A stretch of DNA of 64,000 nucleotides from Bacteroidales bacterium UBA4912 (GTDB taxonomy: Bacteria > Bacteroidota > Bacteroidia > Bacteroidales > Dysgonomonadaceae). Shown here in pieces: positions 8,841-18,068 of the stretch. Both the position numbers and the translations under genes were made by a program. The notes under the pieces were generated by a model, which worked only from the letters and a program-made list of their open reading frames with translations, was not told where the DNA came from and did no database searches. Location of the stretch: contig DHCC01000026.1 of the NCBI GenBank assembly GCA_002398875.1, positions 13,074 through 77,073 on the forward strand, given 5' to 3'. The first letter of the stretch is position 1, and the number at the start of each line of letters is the position of its first letter.

Positions 8841-10585
8841 ATACCTAATTCCTCTCTTATCCTGTTTATTTTTTCATAAGCTTTTATTTCAGCTTCAGCA
8901 AGTTCTTCCCTGGACTTAGCTAGTTCCTTAACCTCAATATAGAATTTAATTTTTGGCTCAGTGCCGGAAGGTCGTATTGACATCTTTGTGTCGTCTTCTG
9001 TGAAATACTGAATTACATTTGATGTAGTGGGCATTTCGAGAGCATTTTGTTCATTACGAATATAATCAAATGCTTCCAGTTTCCCAAAATCTTTAATCAG
9101 TGTAACAGGAGAACCGCCCAGAGAAGTAAGTGGATTAGATCTGTAATTTCTCATCATAGCTTCAATCTCTTCGGCTCCCTCTTTACCTTTTCGGACAAGT
9201 GATATACCTACTTCTTTTGAATATCCGTACTCGAGATAAATATCTTGTAACAGTTCATACAGAGTTTTTCCATTATCTCTTGCCCATGCTGCTATCTCTG
9301 CAAATAATGTACAAGCAGAAACAGCATCCTTATCACGAACATAATCGCCGGCAAGAAATCCATAACTCTCTTCTCCACCACCGATATATTTTTTTATTCC
9401 TTCATTCTTCCGAATAATTTCGGCAATCCATTTGAAACCTGTATAACTGTCATATATTTCAATACCTTTGCTCTTAGCAATTTTTTTGGCTACTTCAGTA
9501 GAAACAATTGTTTTAACAACAAAATCTTTACCTGTTAGAAGTCCCAGTTCTTCGCGTCTGGTCATAAGATAATATAGACATAGCAGTAAAGTTTGGTTAC
9601 CGTTTACAAGAATAAATTCGCCTTTGTCATCCCTAATAGCAGTACCTATACGATCACCGTCAGGGTCGGTAGCCATTACAAGATCGGCGTCAGTTTCAAT
9701 TGCTTTTTTAATTGCAAGATCGAGGGCAGCTGGCTCTTCCGGGTTAGGTGAAACAACTGTAGGGAAATCGCCGCTTATTACATCCTGCTCAGGAACATGG
9801 ATAATATTGGTAAAACCAACAGCTTTTAGTGCATCCGGTACAAGAGTACCCCCAGTGCCATGAATAGGTGTATAAACTATTTTAATGTCATTAAACCTCT
9901 TAATTGATTCGGGTGAAAGTACAAGCTTTATAATTTCTTCAATGAATGCATTGTCCATATCTTTCCCGATTATCTCAATCAGATTTTTATCTCCTTTAAA
10001 TTTTACTTCACTATTTGATTTAATTCGGTTTACTTCAGCAATAATATTCCTGTCATGTGGTGCAAGTACTTGTGCACCATCATTCCAGTAAGCCTTATAT
10101 CCATTATACTCTTTTGGATTATGAGAGGCGGTAATCATGATACCACTCTGGCAACCCAGTTTTCGTATTGCATAAGAAATTAGAGGGGTGGGGCGAAGGT
10201 TTTCAAATAGATAAACCTTAATTCCGTTAGCACTAAAAATATCTGCTGTCACCTCGGCAAATTTGCGGCTGTTATTGCGGCAGTCGTGACCAACAACAAC
10301 TTTGATTTGATCAAGATTTGCAAACTCTTTCTGTAGGTAATTTGTAAGTCCTTGAGTAGCTGATCCAACAGTGTATATGTTCATTCTGTTGCTTCCTGCT
10401 CCCATTATACCACGCAAGCCACCTGTTCCAAATTCAAGATCTTTATAGAAAGCATCAATAAGAGGATTCTTGTCTTCATTGTCAAGTAACTGCTGCACCT
10501 CATTCTTAGTTACAACATCATATTCACCCTCTATCCACGAATTAGCTTTATCCGTGACTTGAGTTAATAATATTTCATCTTCCAT
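8837..10585 (-). CDS. Phosphoglucomutase/phosphomannomutase (alpha-D-phosphohexomutase family)
   Basis: Active-site phosphoserine loop TASHNPKEYNGYK. Metal-binding loop ATDPDGDR. Sugar-binding GGEESYG. Length 582 aa. Confidence 0.85.
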   Translation of the reverse strand: MEDEILLTQVTDKANSWIEGEYDVVTKNEVQQLLDNEDKNPLIDAFYKDLEFGTGGLRGIMGAGSNRMNIYTVGSATQGLTNYLQKEFANLDQIKVVVGHDCRNNSRKFAEVTADIFSANGIKVYLFENLRPTPLISYAIRKLGCQSGIMITASHNPKEYNGYKAYWNDGAQVLAPHDRNIIAEVNRIKSNSEVKFKGDKNLIEIIGKDMDNAFIEEIIKLVLSPESIKRFNDIKIVYTPIHGTGGTLVPDALKAVGFTNIIHVPEQDVISGDFPTVVSPNPEEPAALDLAIKKAIETDADLVMATDPDGDRIGTAIRDDKGEFILVNGNQTLLLCLYYLMTRREELGLLTGKDFVVKTIVSTEVAKKIAKSKGIEIYDSYTGFKWIAEIIRKNEGIKKYIGGGEESYGFLAGDYVRDKDAVSACTLFAEIAAWARDNGKTLYELLQDIYLEYGYSKEVGISLVRKGKEGAEEIEAMMRNYRSNPLTSLGGSPVTLIKDFGKLEAFDYIRNEQNALEMPTTSNVIQYFTEDDTKMSIRPSGTEPKIKFYIEVKELAKSREELAEAEIKAYEKINRIREELGI

Positions 10586-10625
10586 AAATAAATTGTATTA
10601 TGTTTTATGTATTATGTATCATCTT

Positions 10626-12266
10626 TTATTCAACAGTGTGAACTTTGAATTTATCACCTGTTTGATCGATTATTTTTTGGTAATATTCGTTTGAATAGCC
10701 CGGACGTAAAGGATTGGCTGGTTGTCCATAAGGATTTCTCTTAAATTGTCCGTTTTCCTCTTGCTTAATGACACCATCAATATATTTAACCATAAGGTAT
10801 TCGCCGAGTTTTTTCCATTCAGATACGCCTTCATTTACAAGATTATTAGTGTATTTAGTCAGGTATAAAACAGCTTTCTGATTAGATTGTTTATAAATTT
10901 CTGAAGCTTTTTCTTCTATTTGAGGCTGTGAGGTCAAGAATCTGCCTTCCAGAGAAGTTTGTACTTTTTTCATATCCCCACTCATATCGCTGTAGCGCGT
11001 GTAAACCATATTTGACACCCAGTTATGTATCCAGAAAGCAGATGTCCATGATAATGTAAGTAAATCTCCATTTCCGATCTCCATTTCATGAGGAACTTCA
11101 TTGTGACCACAGTAGAATGGGTAGTAAACTGTTTGTGCAGCATCATCTAGTCCAAACCAAAGAATACCTCCAATCTCGTCAGGCAACCATGAACGCATTT
11201 GTGCTACAAAAGAAAATGCAGTTTGTTGAGTTGCAATTGGTCGTTCGTTACAGTATTCTGCTGAATCAACTTCGTATGTAAGCGGAGACCAGCGGTATGG
11301 AGAGTTAAAAGGACCTGCTCCCACATCATAACGCCAATCAAGTTCAGTACCTTCATAATGATCACGCATATAGTTCTGAATATCTTGTGCACTTAATTTT
11401 CTGTCTGGTTTAATATATAAAGGCATAGGGTCTGTTGTCTTTCCCTGAGCATAAGTTACATATTTACCCATATCCTTGTTTACATTATTAAAAAACGACC
11501 AAACACGTGCTTCACAAAATCTTAATGCACCAAAATCGAGAGGTGCATACGCTTTTGCAAAACTAAAATCAGCATCTTTTCCTTTGAAGTATCCCATATC
11601 TCTGGCAAAAGAAATTACGTCTGGTGAATAAAGACAATTTTCCGGATCATCTAGTGGGAATTGTTGAATACGTGCTTGATTGGCATGAGCCGATACGCAG
11701 TCGTCCGGAATTTTTACTGCAACCCATACGGCCCCTTTATTTCCCGTTCCTTTTCCAATCATTTCCATCACCCAAACCTCGTTGGGATCAGCAATAGAAA
11801 AGGATTCTCCAGAGCTGTAATATCCATGTTTATTAACTAGGTCAGTCATAACTTTAATAGCTTCTCTGGCGTTAGTGGCACGCTGAAGAGTTATATATAT
11901 AAGACTGCCATAATCCATAATTCCGGTTGAGTCACTTAATTCACTTCTGCCTCCAAAAGTTGTTTCACCAATAGCTAGCTGATGTTCGTTCATGTTACCA
12001 ATTACATTGTATGTCTGCAGTACTTGTGGTATTTCACCAAGATATTTTCCACTGTCCCATTCATATACTTTGAGCATTTCACCCGGCTGATAATTTTTGG
12101 CAGGCCAGTGATATAACTCTCCAAATAACCCATAAGAGTCTGCTGCATAGGATATTATAGTAGATCCGTCAGTTGATGCTTTTTTTCCAACCAATAAATT
12201 AGTACAAGGAAATGTTAAGGTAGTAGTAAATGAAACCAGAAAAACAATTAAATAAACTTTTCTCAT
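10626..12266 (-). CDS. C69 family dipeptidase, secreted
   Basis: A signal sequence is followed by the nucleophile context PCTNLLVGKKASTDGSTIISYAADS. The ORF-track start at 12344 is TTG. The ATG at 12266 (MRKVYLIVFLV...) gives a proper signal peptide. Confidence 0.75.
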   Translation of the reverse strand: MRKVYLIVFLVSFTTTLTFPCTNLLVGKKASTDGSTIISYAADSYGLFGELYHWPAKNYQPGEMLKVYEWDSGKYLGEIPQVLQTYNVIGNMNEHQLAIGETTFGGRSELSDSTGIMDYGSLIYITLQRATNAREAIKVMTDLVNKHGYYSSGESFSIADPNEVWVMEMIGKGTGNKGAVWVAVKIPDDCVSAHANQARIQQFPLDDPENCLYSPDVISFARDMGYFKGKDADFSFAKAYAPLDFGALRFCEARVWSFFNNVNKDMGKYVTYAQGKTTDPMPLYIKPDRKLSAQDIQNYMRDHYEGTELDWRYDVGAGPFNSPYRWSPLTYEVDSAEYCNERPIATQQTAFSFVAQMRSWLPDEIGGILWFGLDDAAQTVYYPFYCGHNEVPHEMEIGNGDLLTLSWTSAFWIHNWVSNMVYTRYSDMSGDMKKVQTSLEGRFLTSQPQIEEKASEIYKQSNQKAVLYLTKYTNNLVNEGVSEWKKLGEYLMVKYIDGVIKQEENGQFKRNPYGQPANPLRPGYSNEYYQKIIDQTGDKFKVHTVE

Positions 12267-12459
12267 GCTTAATTTGAATATATAATAAAACATTTGCAGG
12301 TTAAAGTTCTCAACCAGCCTGTAAAGATACTTTTTATTGTCCAAACAGCCTAAACTGTTTCATTGAATTTTTAGATAATTATCACAAATTGATTAGCAAA
12401 AACAGAAAATAAAATCTATTTTTGTTTTATATATTAAATCTTCAGCGAACAAGCTCGGA

Positions 12460-12771
12460 ATGAAAGATAATATTAAGAAATTAGGGACAAAAAGAGTAGC
12501 TGGGTTAACCGTTACCCAGATTGTTATTCTTATTGTGCTTATTGTGATGCTGTTTTTTTTTAGCGATAATAGTATCCCAAAAAGAGTAAAACATGAGTCG
12601 CAGATAAAAGAACTGGAGGCACAGATCGAATTTTATCAAAAACAATCGGAAGCAGACAAAGAAAAATTAGACGAACTAAAGTCAAATAAAGGAGACCTGG
12701 AAAAATTTGCCCGCGAAAATTATTATATGAAAAAAGAAAATGAAGAAATATTCATAATAGAAGAAAACTAA
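12460..12771 (+). CDS. Septum formation initiator (FtsB/DivIC-like) family protein
   Basis: Single N-terminal TM helix, a coiled-coil segment, and the C-terminal motif FARENYYMKKENEEIFII typical of this family. Confidence 0.6.
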   Translation: MKDNIKKLGTKRVAGLTVTQIVILIVLIVMLFFFSDNSIPKRVKHESQIKELEAQIEFYQKQSEADKEKLDELKSNKGDLEKFARENYYMKKENEEIFIIEEN

Positions 12772-12836
12772 AAAGGGTACTTTTTTTACAATTAATCGTC
12801 GGAGAATTAAAGAATATTAGCAGCTTTAGTGAATTT

Positions 12837-13172
12837 ATGAAAAATATTTTATATAAGATTTCAGGTATTTTAATACTACTATCAGCCTCGTTATACATGT
12901 TTTATCCGGCTGTAGCACCATGGATTATGGCTTTTTCGGTTGTACTGTTTTCTGTGATTACTGTAACTAGTCCTTATACTGGTAAGAGTATTAGAGGAAA
13001 AAGACTTTTTAATCTGCAGATTTTATCATGTGTGTTAATGATTGCTGCTACATATCTGATGTTTAAAAACAGGACTGAATGGGTATTATTAATGATTTCG
13101 GGAGCAGTTTTTTTGTTATATTCTTCATTTGTTTTACCGATAGAACTCGATAAAGAAAAGGAAGGTGATTAA
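12837..13172 (+). CDS. Small integral membrane protein, unknown function
   Basis: Four hydrophobic segments in 111 aa. I recognise no motifs. Confidence 0.4.
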   Translation: MKNILYKISGILILLSASLYMFYPAVAPWIMAFSVVLFSVITVTSPYTGKSIRGKRLFNLQILSCVLMIAATYLMFKNRTEWVLLMISGAVFLLYSSFVLPIELDKEKEGD

Positions 13173-13189
13173 CATGAGTCTTTTTAGAA

Positions 13190-14479
13190 ATGAACAAAAC
13201 AATACTTGTAGTAGATGATAATCAGACCGTTTGTCTGATGTTGAAGTCATGGCTGGTGAAGAAGGATTTCATTGTAGATACAGCCTTACACGCTAAAGAT
13301 GCAAAAGAAATGGTTAGGGAGGCTCCCTATGATTTGATTCTATGTGATATAAAGATGCCGGATATAGATGGTTTTGCATTTTTAAAGTGGGTGAATACTT
13401 ACGATCCGGACACGCTTGTAATACTTATGACCGGATATGCAGACATAGAGTCTGCTGTAGTGGCGATGAAATCAGGAGCTTCAGACTATATTTCAAAACC
13501 AATCGACCCTGAAAAACTATTCAGTAAAATTGATGAAGCTTTCGAACTACAGGAAAACACAAGAAGAAACAGTCGTTTTGCAAATGATTTTGTTACTCCT
13601 CCGGGGAAAGAATACAAACTATTATTTAAACAGTTGAAGAGTATCGCAGAAAATAATACTCATCGGCTAATAATTGGAGACAGAGGAACCGGAAAAGACG
13701 CAGCCGTTAAATATATTTATGAAAAAGGAATTCACCGATCCAAGCCTCTTGTGCTATTGGATGTCAACGATATCATAGGCGGGCGTGGTGGCATTAGTGG
13801 AAATGGATATGGTAAGTCTGTTTTACTGGAAAAATTTCAGAAAGCAAAAGGAGGACTTTTCTACATTAAGGAAATTGATCAGCTCAACAAATTCATGCAA
13901 GATGATTTGCTTAAAATTATAACCAGACAGAATAAAGATGAAGATTTCACACAGGTTATACTTAGTTCAGAGGCAAGTCTTGAGGAATTACAAGGTATAC
14001 TTATTCCTAAACTATTTAACCTGCTAAGAGATGATTGTGTGATCTTACCGTTACTGAAAGGTCTGGAGGAGCAGATTATATTCTTTTCAAACTATTTCCT
14101 GAGATTTGCTAATTTTACCTTAAACAAAGAAATTTCAAGTATTGATCCTGTTATGCTAAATCTGCTAATAGGATATGACTGGCCAGGTAACATACAGGAG
14201 ATAAAAAACTGTATTATTAAAGCGGCTTTGCTTACTGAAGGAGATGTAATAACTGCTGATATTGCAGATGAACTTTTCGGGACAGTTAAAATCAAAAATG
14301 AGAATTTACATGTAGATAAGAGTAGTTTGCAGAGCCTTAGAAAAGAGAACTACGAGAAAGAGAAAATCTGCCAAGCTCTTGATTTGGCAAAAGGTAATAA
14401 AACTATGGCTGCGTCAATTTTGAATATTGATAGAAAGACATTATACAATAAAATAAAGTTGTATAAGATAATAGTGTAA
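13190..14479 (+). CDS. NtrC-family (REC + AAA+-like + Fis-type HTH) response regulator with a degenerate ATPase core
   Basis: REC domain (VVDDN..., LILCDIKMPDIDGF, ISKPI). Central domain has GDRGTGKD (Walker A-like), GGLFYIKEIDQL in place of GGTLFLDEI, no GAFTGA, and WPGNIQEIKN in place of WPGNVRELEN. C-terminal HTH is KTMAASILNIDRKTLYNKIK. Confidence 0.7.
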   Translation: MNKTILVVDDNQTVCLMLKSWLVKKDFIVDTALHAKDAKEMVREAPYDLILCDIKMPDIDGFAFLKWVNTYDPDTLVILMTGYADIESAVVAMKSGASDYISKPIDPEKLFSKIDEAFELQENTRRNSRFANDFVTPPGKEYKLLFKQLKSIAENNTHRLIIGDRGTGKDAAVKYIYEKGIHRSKPLVLLDVNDIIGGRGGISGNGYGKSVLLEKFQKAKGGLFYIKEIDQLNKFMQDDLLKIITRQNKDEDFTQVILSSEASLEELQGILIPKLFNLLRDDCVILPLLKGLEEQIIFFSNYFLRFANFTLNKEISSIDPVMLNLLIGYDWPGNIQEIKNCIIKAALLTEGDVITADIADELFGTVKIKNENLHVDKSSLQSLRKENYEKEKICQALDLAKGNKTMAASILNIDRKTLYNKIKLYKIIV

Positions 14480-14503
14480 TTGTTTCTAGTTCGGATAACA
14501 GGT

Positions 14504-17029
14504 ATGAAAAAAAGAGGAGCATCAAAAATTAAGATTGGTGTTATTTTGGGATATCTCCTTGTTGTTTTAGTTATGATAATTGGGATGATTGCACTTTATA
14601 ACAATTTAGTGGATTTTTCCAACAAGAAAATCAGAAGAGAAGATATGTCCGAATTAATGATTGTTGGAAATATCTTATCGCTCCTCTATGAAGTAGAAAG
14701 TGAACAAAATATGTTAACAGCTGAAAGTGCAAGGCAGTATTATGTCACGTATGATTCTGTTATTCCGAAGGTTAATGAAAACCTGAAAAGATTAAGCGAA
14801 ATATCTGAAGATGTCACAAGAAAATTGAAACTTGACAGCATAAGTATACTAATGAAAAATAAAAGCTCGAATTTGTATGACATTGCATTGCTGCTTGATT
14901 CAGTAAGTCAGTCTCCGGAAATCATAAGAGAGTCAGATATCAGATATGTTCCAAGAGAGCTTAACAGAGAAATAAGTGACTATCTTCAAAGAAAGAACTT
15001 AAATAATCCAAACAAAAATCAGAGTGATACTAGCATAATTACAGGAGAACGTAAAGGTTTTTTTGATCGAGTGCGTGATGTCTTTATAGCAAATCCTGAC
15101 TCAACTATTGTAATTGAAAACAGGTCTGTTGTATCTGAAAATGAATTTAGGTTGATAGTGGATACAATTGTAAATAAAGTGCGTTATTCAGAAAGACTTG
15201 ATTTGAGTAAACAAAGAGAACTTCAGACTGCATTACTTCATAGACAAGAGGAGATGAGTCAAACCAACAGGATGCTTACTGCTCGTATAGATGATATGTT
15301 GAAAAATATTGAGCAGGAGGAAATAAGAAAATCATTCCAGTTAATCATTGATAGAGAGCACACACTTACCAGATCGCAAAATACCATGTTATTGGTGTCC
15401 CTTATTTCTATAATTATAGCTATATTTTTTGCTGTTCTCTTTTTGATTGATATTAATAAAAGTCAACGTTATCGCAGACAATTAGAATTGTCTAACAAAC
15501 GCATTATGGATTTACTGAATAATCGAGAAAAACTGATGCTGGCGATATCTCATGATATTAAAGCACCGACAGGTTCTATATTGGGTTTTATTGAACTAAT
15601 GAACGAGGAGAATAATTGTAATAATAATGAATCGTATCTGCATAGTATGAAAATATCGGCTGATCATGTTATGCAGTTGGTGTCCAAACTTCTCGACTAT
15701 CACAAACTGGATAAAGGAAGTTGGCTTCTACAAAAAACTGTTTGTAATATTCATACTCTTATTGAAGAGTCAGCAAACAGTTTTAGCCCACTTGCAAAGA
15801 AAAAAGGACTAGAATATAGAGTATACAATGAGGTTTCTAAAAATATGTATTGCTATGAAGATCCCTATGTCATAAAACAGATTATGAATAATCTTATTTC
15901 CAATGCAATAAAATACACCTCAGAAGGAGGAATAGTAATCAACGTAGCTACAAAAATTAGAGATGCCGGAAATATTTTAATTTTCAGTGTAACTGATACA
16001 GGAGAGGGTATTGATATTGAAGATCAGGCAACTATTTTCGATGAGTTCATGCAAGTGAGTAATAATTCAGAAAGTGGTGAACATAAATATAGTAGTGGTC
16101 TGGGACTTCTAATTACAAAGGGTTTTGTTAAGGAGTTAAATGGAGATATACATTTAATTTCAGCTAAAGGTGAGGGCTCTGAATTTGTTGTTGAAATTCC
16201 GTTGACTGTGGTCACGGATGATTATTCTGAAATATCAGATGATATTACTCACGTTAAGGATTTGGAAGGTGTTAATATGCTTTATGTAGATGACGACCCT
16301 GTTCAGCTAAAGATGATGTCGGAGATTGCTTTAAAAAGGAAAATTGGCTGTGTTACAGAAGCAAACCCGGATAATGTTTTACCACTTTTACAGAGTAATA
16401 AGTTTGATATATTGTTTATTGACATTCAATTAGGAGGGAAATCAGGTTTCGATTTAGTTGAAAGTATAAGTCAACTTGAAGACAAAAAAAATAAAAATGT
16501 TCCGATTGTGGCACTTTCTGCGAGATCTGATATTTACAAATCCGAATTTCTATCTTCAGGTTTTACAGACTTCCTTTTTAAGCCATTTACTTCAGATCAG
16601 CTTTTTGAAATGATAGCTAAATATATGAATTGTAACGGAGGTAGTACTCAGACTTATGAAATTGAAAATAAAACAGATATTGTTAATGAAAACATTAAAC
16701 CTAAAGGTGTTAGTGCTCTTTTCGAATATGTAAAAGAGGATACTGTTGCATCGGTCGAAATACTGAAATCGTTTATCAAAGAGACTAAAGAGAGCGAAAT
16801 GATGTTGAAAGAAGCTTTTGCAAAAGATGATATCGCAGCAGCCGGGAAAATATCTCATAAAATGCTCCCTTTGTTTCGTATGATTGGAAATGAGAGAGTT
16901 GTAGGAATCTTTGAACAACTTGAGATAAACATTAAACCTGACGAAGAAGATAAAGAATTCTTGATGAAGTATATTAAAAAAAGTATTGATGAAGGTTCAG
17001 AGCTGAAGCGTGTTTTAAATAATGAGTGA
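14504..17029 (+). CDS. Hybrid sensor histidine kinase (2 TM + DHp/CA + REC + HPt)
   Basis: TM helices lie near residues 18-40 and 300-325 of the track ORF. H-box LAISHDIKAPTGS. N-box ISNAIKYT. G-boxes VTDTGEGI and GLGLLITK. REC domain (LYVDDDP, DILFIDIQL, LFKPF). C-terminal HPt-like ISHKMLPLFRMIG. The track start at 14480 is TTG and the ATG at 14504 is likelier. Confidence 0.8.
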   Translation: MKKRGASKIKIGVILGYLLVVLVMIIGMIALYNNLVDFSNKKIRREDMSELMIVGNILSLLYEVESEQNMLTAESARQYYVTYDSVIPKVNENLKRLSEISEDVTRKLKLDSISILMKNKSSNLYDIALLLDSVSQSPEIIRESDIRYVPRELNREISDYLQRKNLNNPNKNQSDTSIITGERKGFFDRVRDVFIANPDSTIVIENRSVVSENEFRLIVDTIVNKVRYSERLDLSKQRELQTALLHRQEEMSQTNRMLTARIDDMLKNIEQEEIRKSFQLIIDREHTLTRSQNTMLLVSLISIIIAIFFAVLFLIDINKSQRYRRQLELSNKRIMDLLNNREKLMLAISHDIKAPTGSILGFIELMNEENNCNNNESYLHSMKISADHVMQLVSKLLDYHKLDKGSWLLQKTVCNIHTLIEESANSFSPLAKKKGLEYRVYNEVSKNMYCYEDPYVIKQIMNNLISNAIKYTSEGGIVINVATKIRDAGNILIFSVTDTGEGIDIEDQATIFDEFMQVSNNSESGEHKYSSGLGLLITKGFVKELNGDIHLISAKGEGSEFVVEIPLTVVTDDYSEISDDITHVKDLEGVNMLYVDDDPVQLKMMSEIALKRKIGCVTEANPDNVLPLLQSNKFDILFIDIQLGGKSGFDLVESISQLEDKKNKNVPIVALSARSDIYKSEFLSSGFTDFLFKPFTSDQLFEMIAKYMNCNGGSTQTYEIENKTDIVNENIKPKGVSALFEYVKEDTVASVEILKSFIKETKESEMMLKEAFAKDDIAAAGKISHKMLPLFRMIGNERVVGIFEQLEINIKPDEEDKEFLMKYIKKSIDEGSELKRVLNNE

Positions 17030-17969
17030 TATGGTTCAGGGAAATGTTATAGATAAATATAAAAGATATTTATTATTGGAAAGAGGTTTATCTAAAAACA
17101 CGATTGAATCCTATATGCGTGATCTAAATAAATTGTTGGTATTTATAGAAGATAAACAGTTGTTGCTCAGGTTAATCAAGACTTCAGATCTTGAGGAGTT
17201 TCTTGCTGGTTTATATGATAGTAGCCTAACTCCTCGATCAATATCAAGAGTAATATCTACACTAAAATCATTTTTCCATTTTCTTCTACTGGACCAATAC
17301 AGAGAAGATAATCCGACAGATTTGCTGGAGTCACCTAAAAGCAATATAAAACTTCCTGTTGTTTTAGCAATTGAAGAAATTGATCAGATCCTATCTGTAA
17401 TAGATGTTTCAACTTTAGAGGGTACGCGTAATTATGCAATAATTGAAACTCTTTATAGTTGTGGCTTACGAGTTTCTGAGTTAACTAATCTTCGTTTTTC
17501 AGATTTGTATTTTGATGAAGGGTTTATTCGTGTATCCGGTAAAGGAAATAAACAGCGACTTGTTCCAATTTCTGAAATTGCAACACAAAAGATTAGTAAC
17601 TGGTTGGATTACAGAAAACAAATTAATGTCAAAAAGGGTAATGAGGATATTGTTTTCATTAGTTCACGTCGTGGTAAGGCATTATCGCGTATTACAGTAT
17701 TCCATTTTATAAAGCAGTACGCTGAAGAAGCTGGAATAAAAAAAGAAGTTAGTCCCCATGTTTTTCGCCATTCATTTGCTACACATCTTCTGGAGCGTGG
17801 CGCGAATATTAGGGTTATACAGGAAATGCTAGGTCATGAAAAAATAACTACTACGGAGATTTATACACAAATAGACAGGACATTTTTACGACAGGAAATT
17901 ATAGAGCATCACCCTAGAAACAACCAGAGTATCAAAAAAAATATTACTCATGATACAAATTATGATTAA
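17022..17969 (+). CDS. xerD: Site-specific tyrosine recombinase XerD
   Basis: N-terminal SAM-like domain (YLLLERGLSKNTIESYMRDLNKL). Catalytic residues in GLRVSEL, HVFRHSFATHLL and LGHEKITTTEIYTQ. The start overlaps the kinase stop by 8 nt. Confidence 0.8.
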   Translation: MSDMVQGNVIDKYKRYLLLERGLSKNTIESYMRDLNKLLVFIEDKQLLLRLIKTSDLEEFLAGLYDSSLTPRSISRVISTLKSFFHFLLLDQYREDNPTDLLESPKSNIKLPVVLAIEEIDQILSVIDVSTLEGTRNYAIIETLYSCGLRVSELTNLRFSDLYFDEGFIRVSGKGNKQRLVPISEIATQKISNWLDYRKQINVKKGNEDIVFISSRRGKALSRITVFHFIKQYAEEAGIKKEVSPHVFRHSFATHLLERGANIRVIQEMLGHEKITTTEIYTQIDRTFLRQEIIEHHPRNNQSIKKNITHDTNYD

Positions 17970-18034
17970 GTGTAAAAACAAGATGTCCTTTAAAAAGAAA
18001 TTACTAAAACAATCGAAGCTCCAAGATAATTTCA

Positions 18035-18042
18035 TATATTTG
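18035..18042 (+). promoter_or_regulatory. Candidate -7 promoter box (TATATTTG)
   Basis: Exact TAnnTTTG match 27 bp upstream of the dnaN ATG. Confidence 0.35.
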
Positions 18043-18068
18043 CTAAAGAATTAAAAAAACATACCGTC

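Noticed and set aside
17022-17969. Whether the tyrosine recombinase marks an integrated mobile element.
   Set aside because: The sequence is XerD-like throughout. It is embedded among core genes (dnaN, truA), with no flanking direct repeats, tRNA target or cargo genes.
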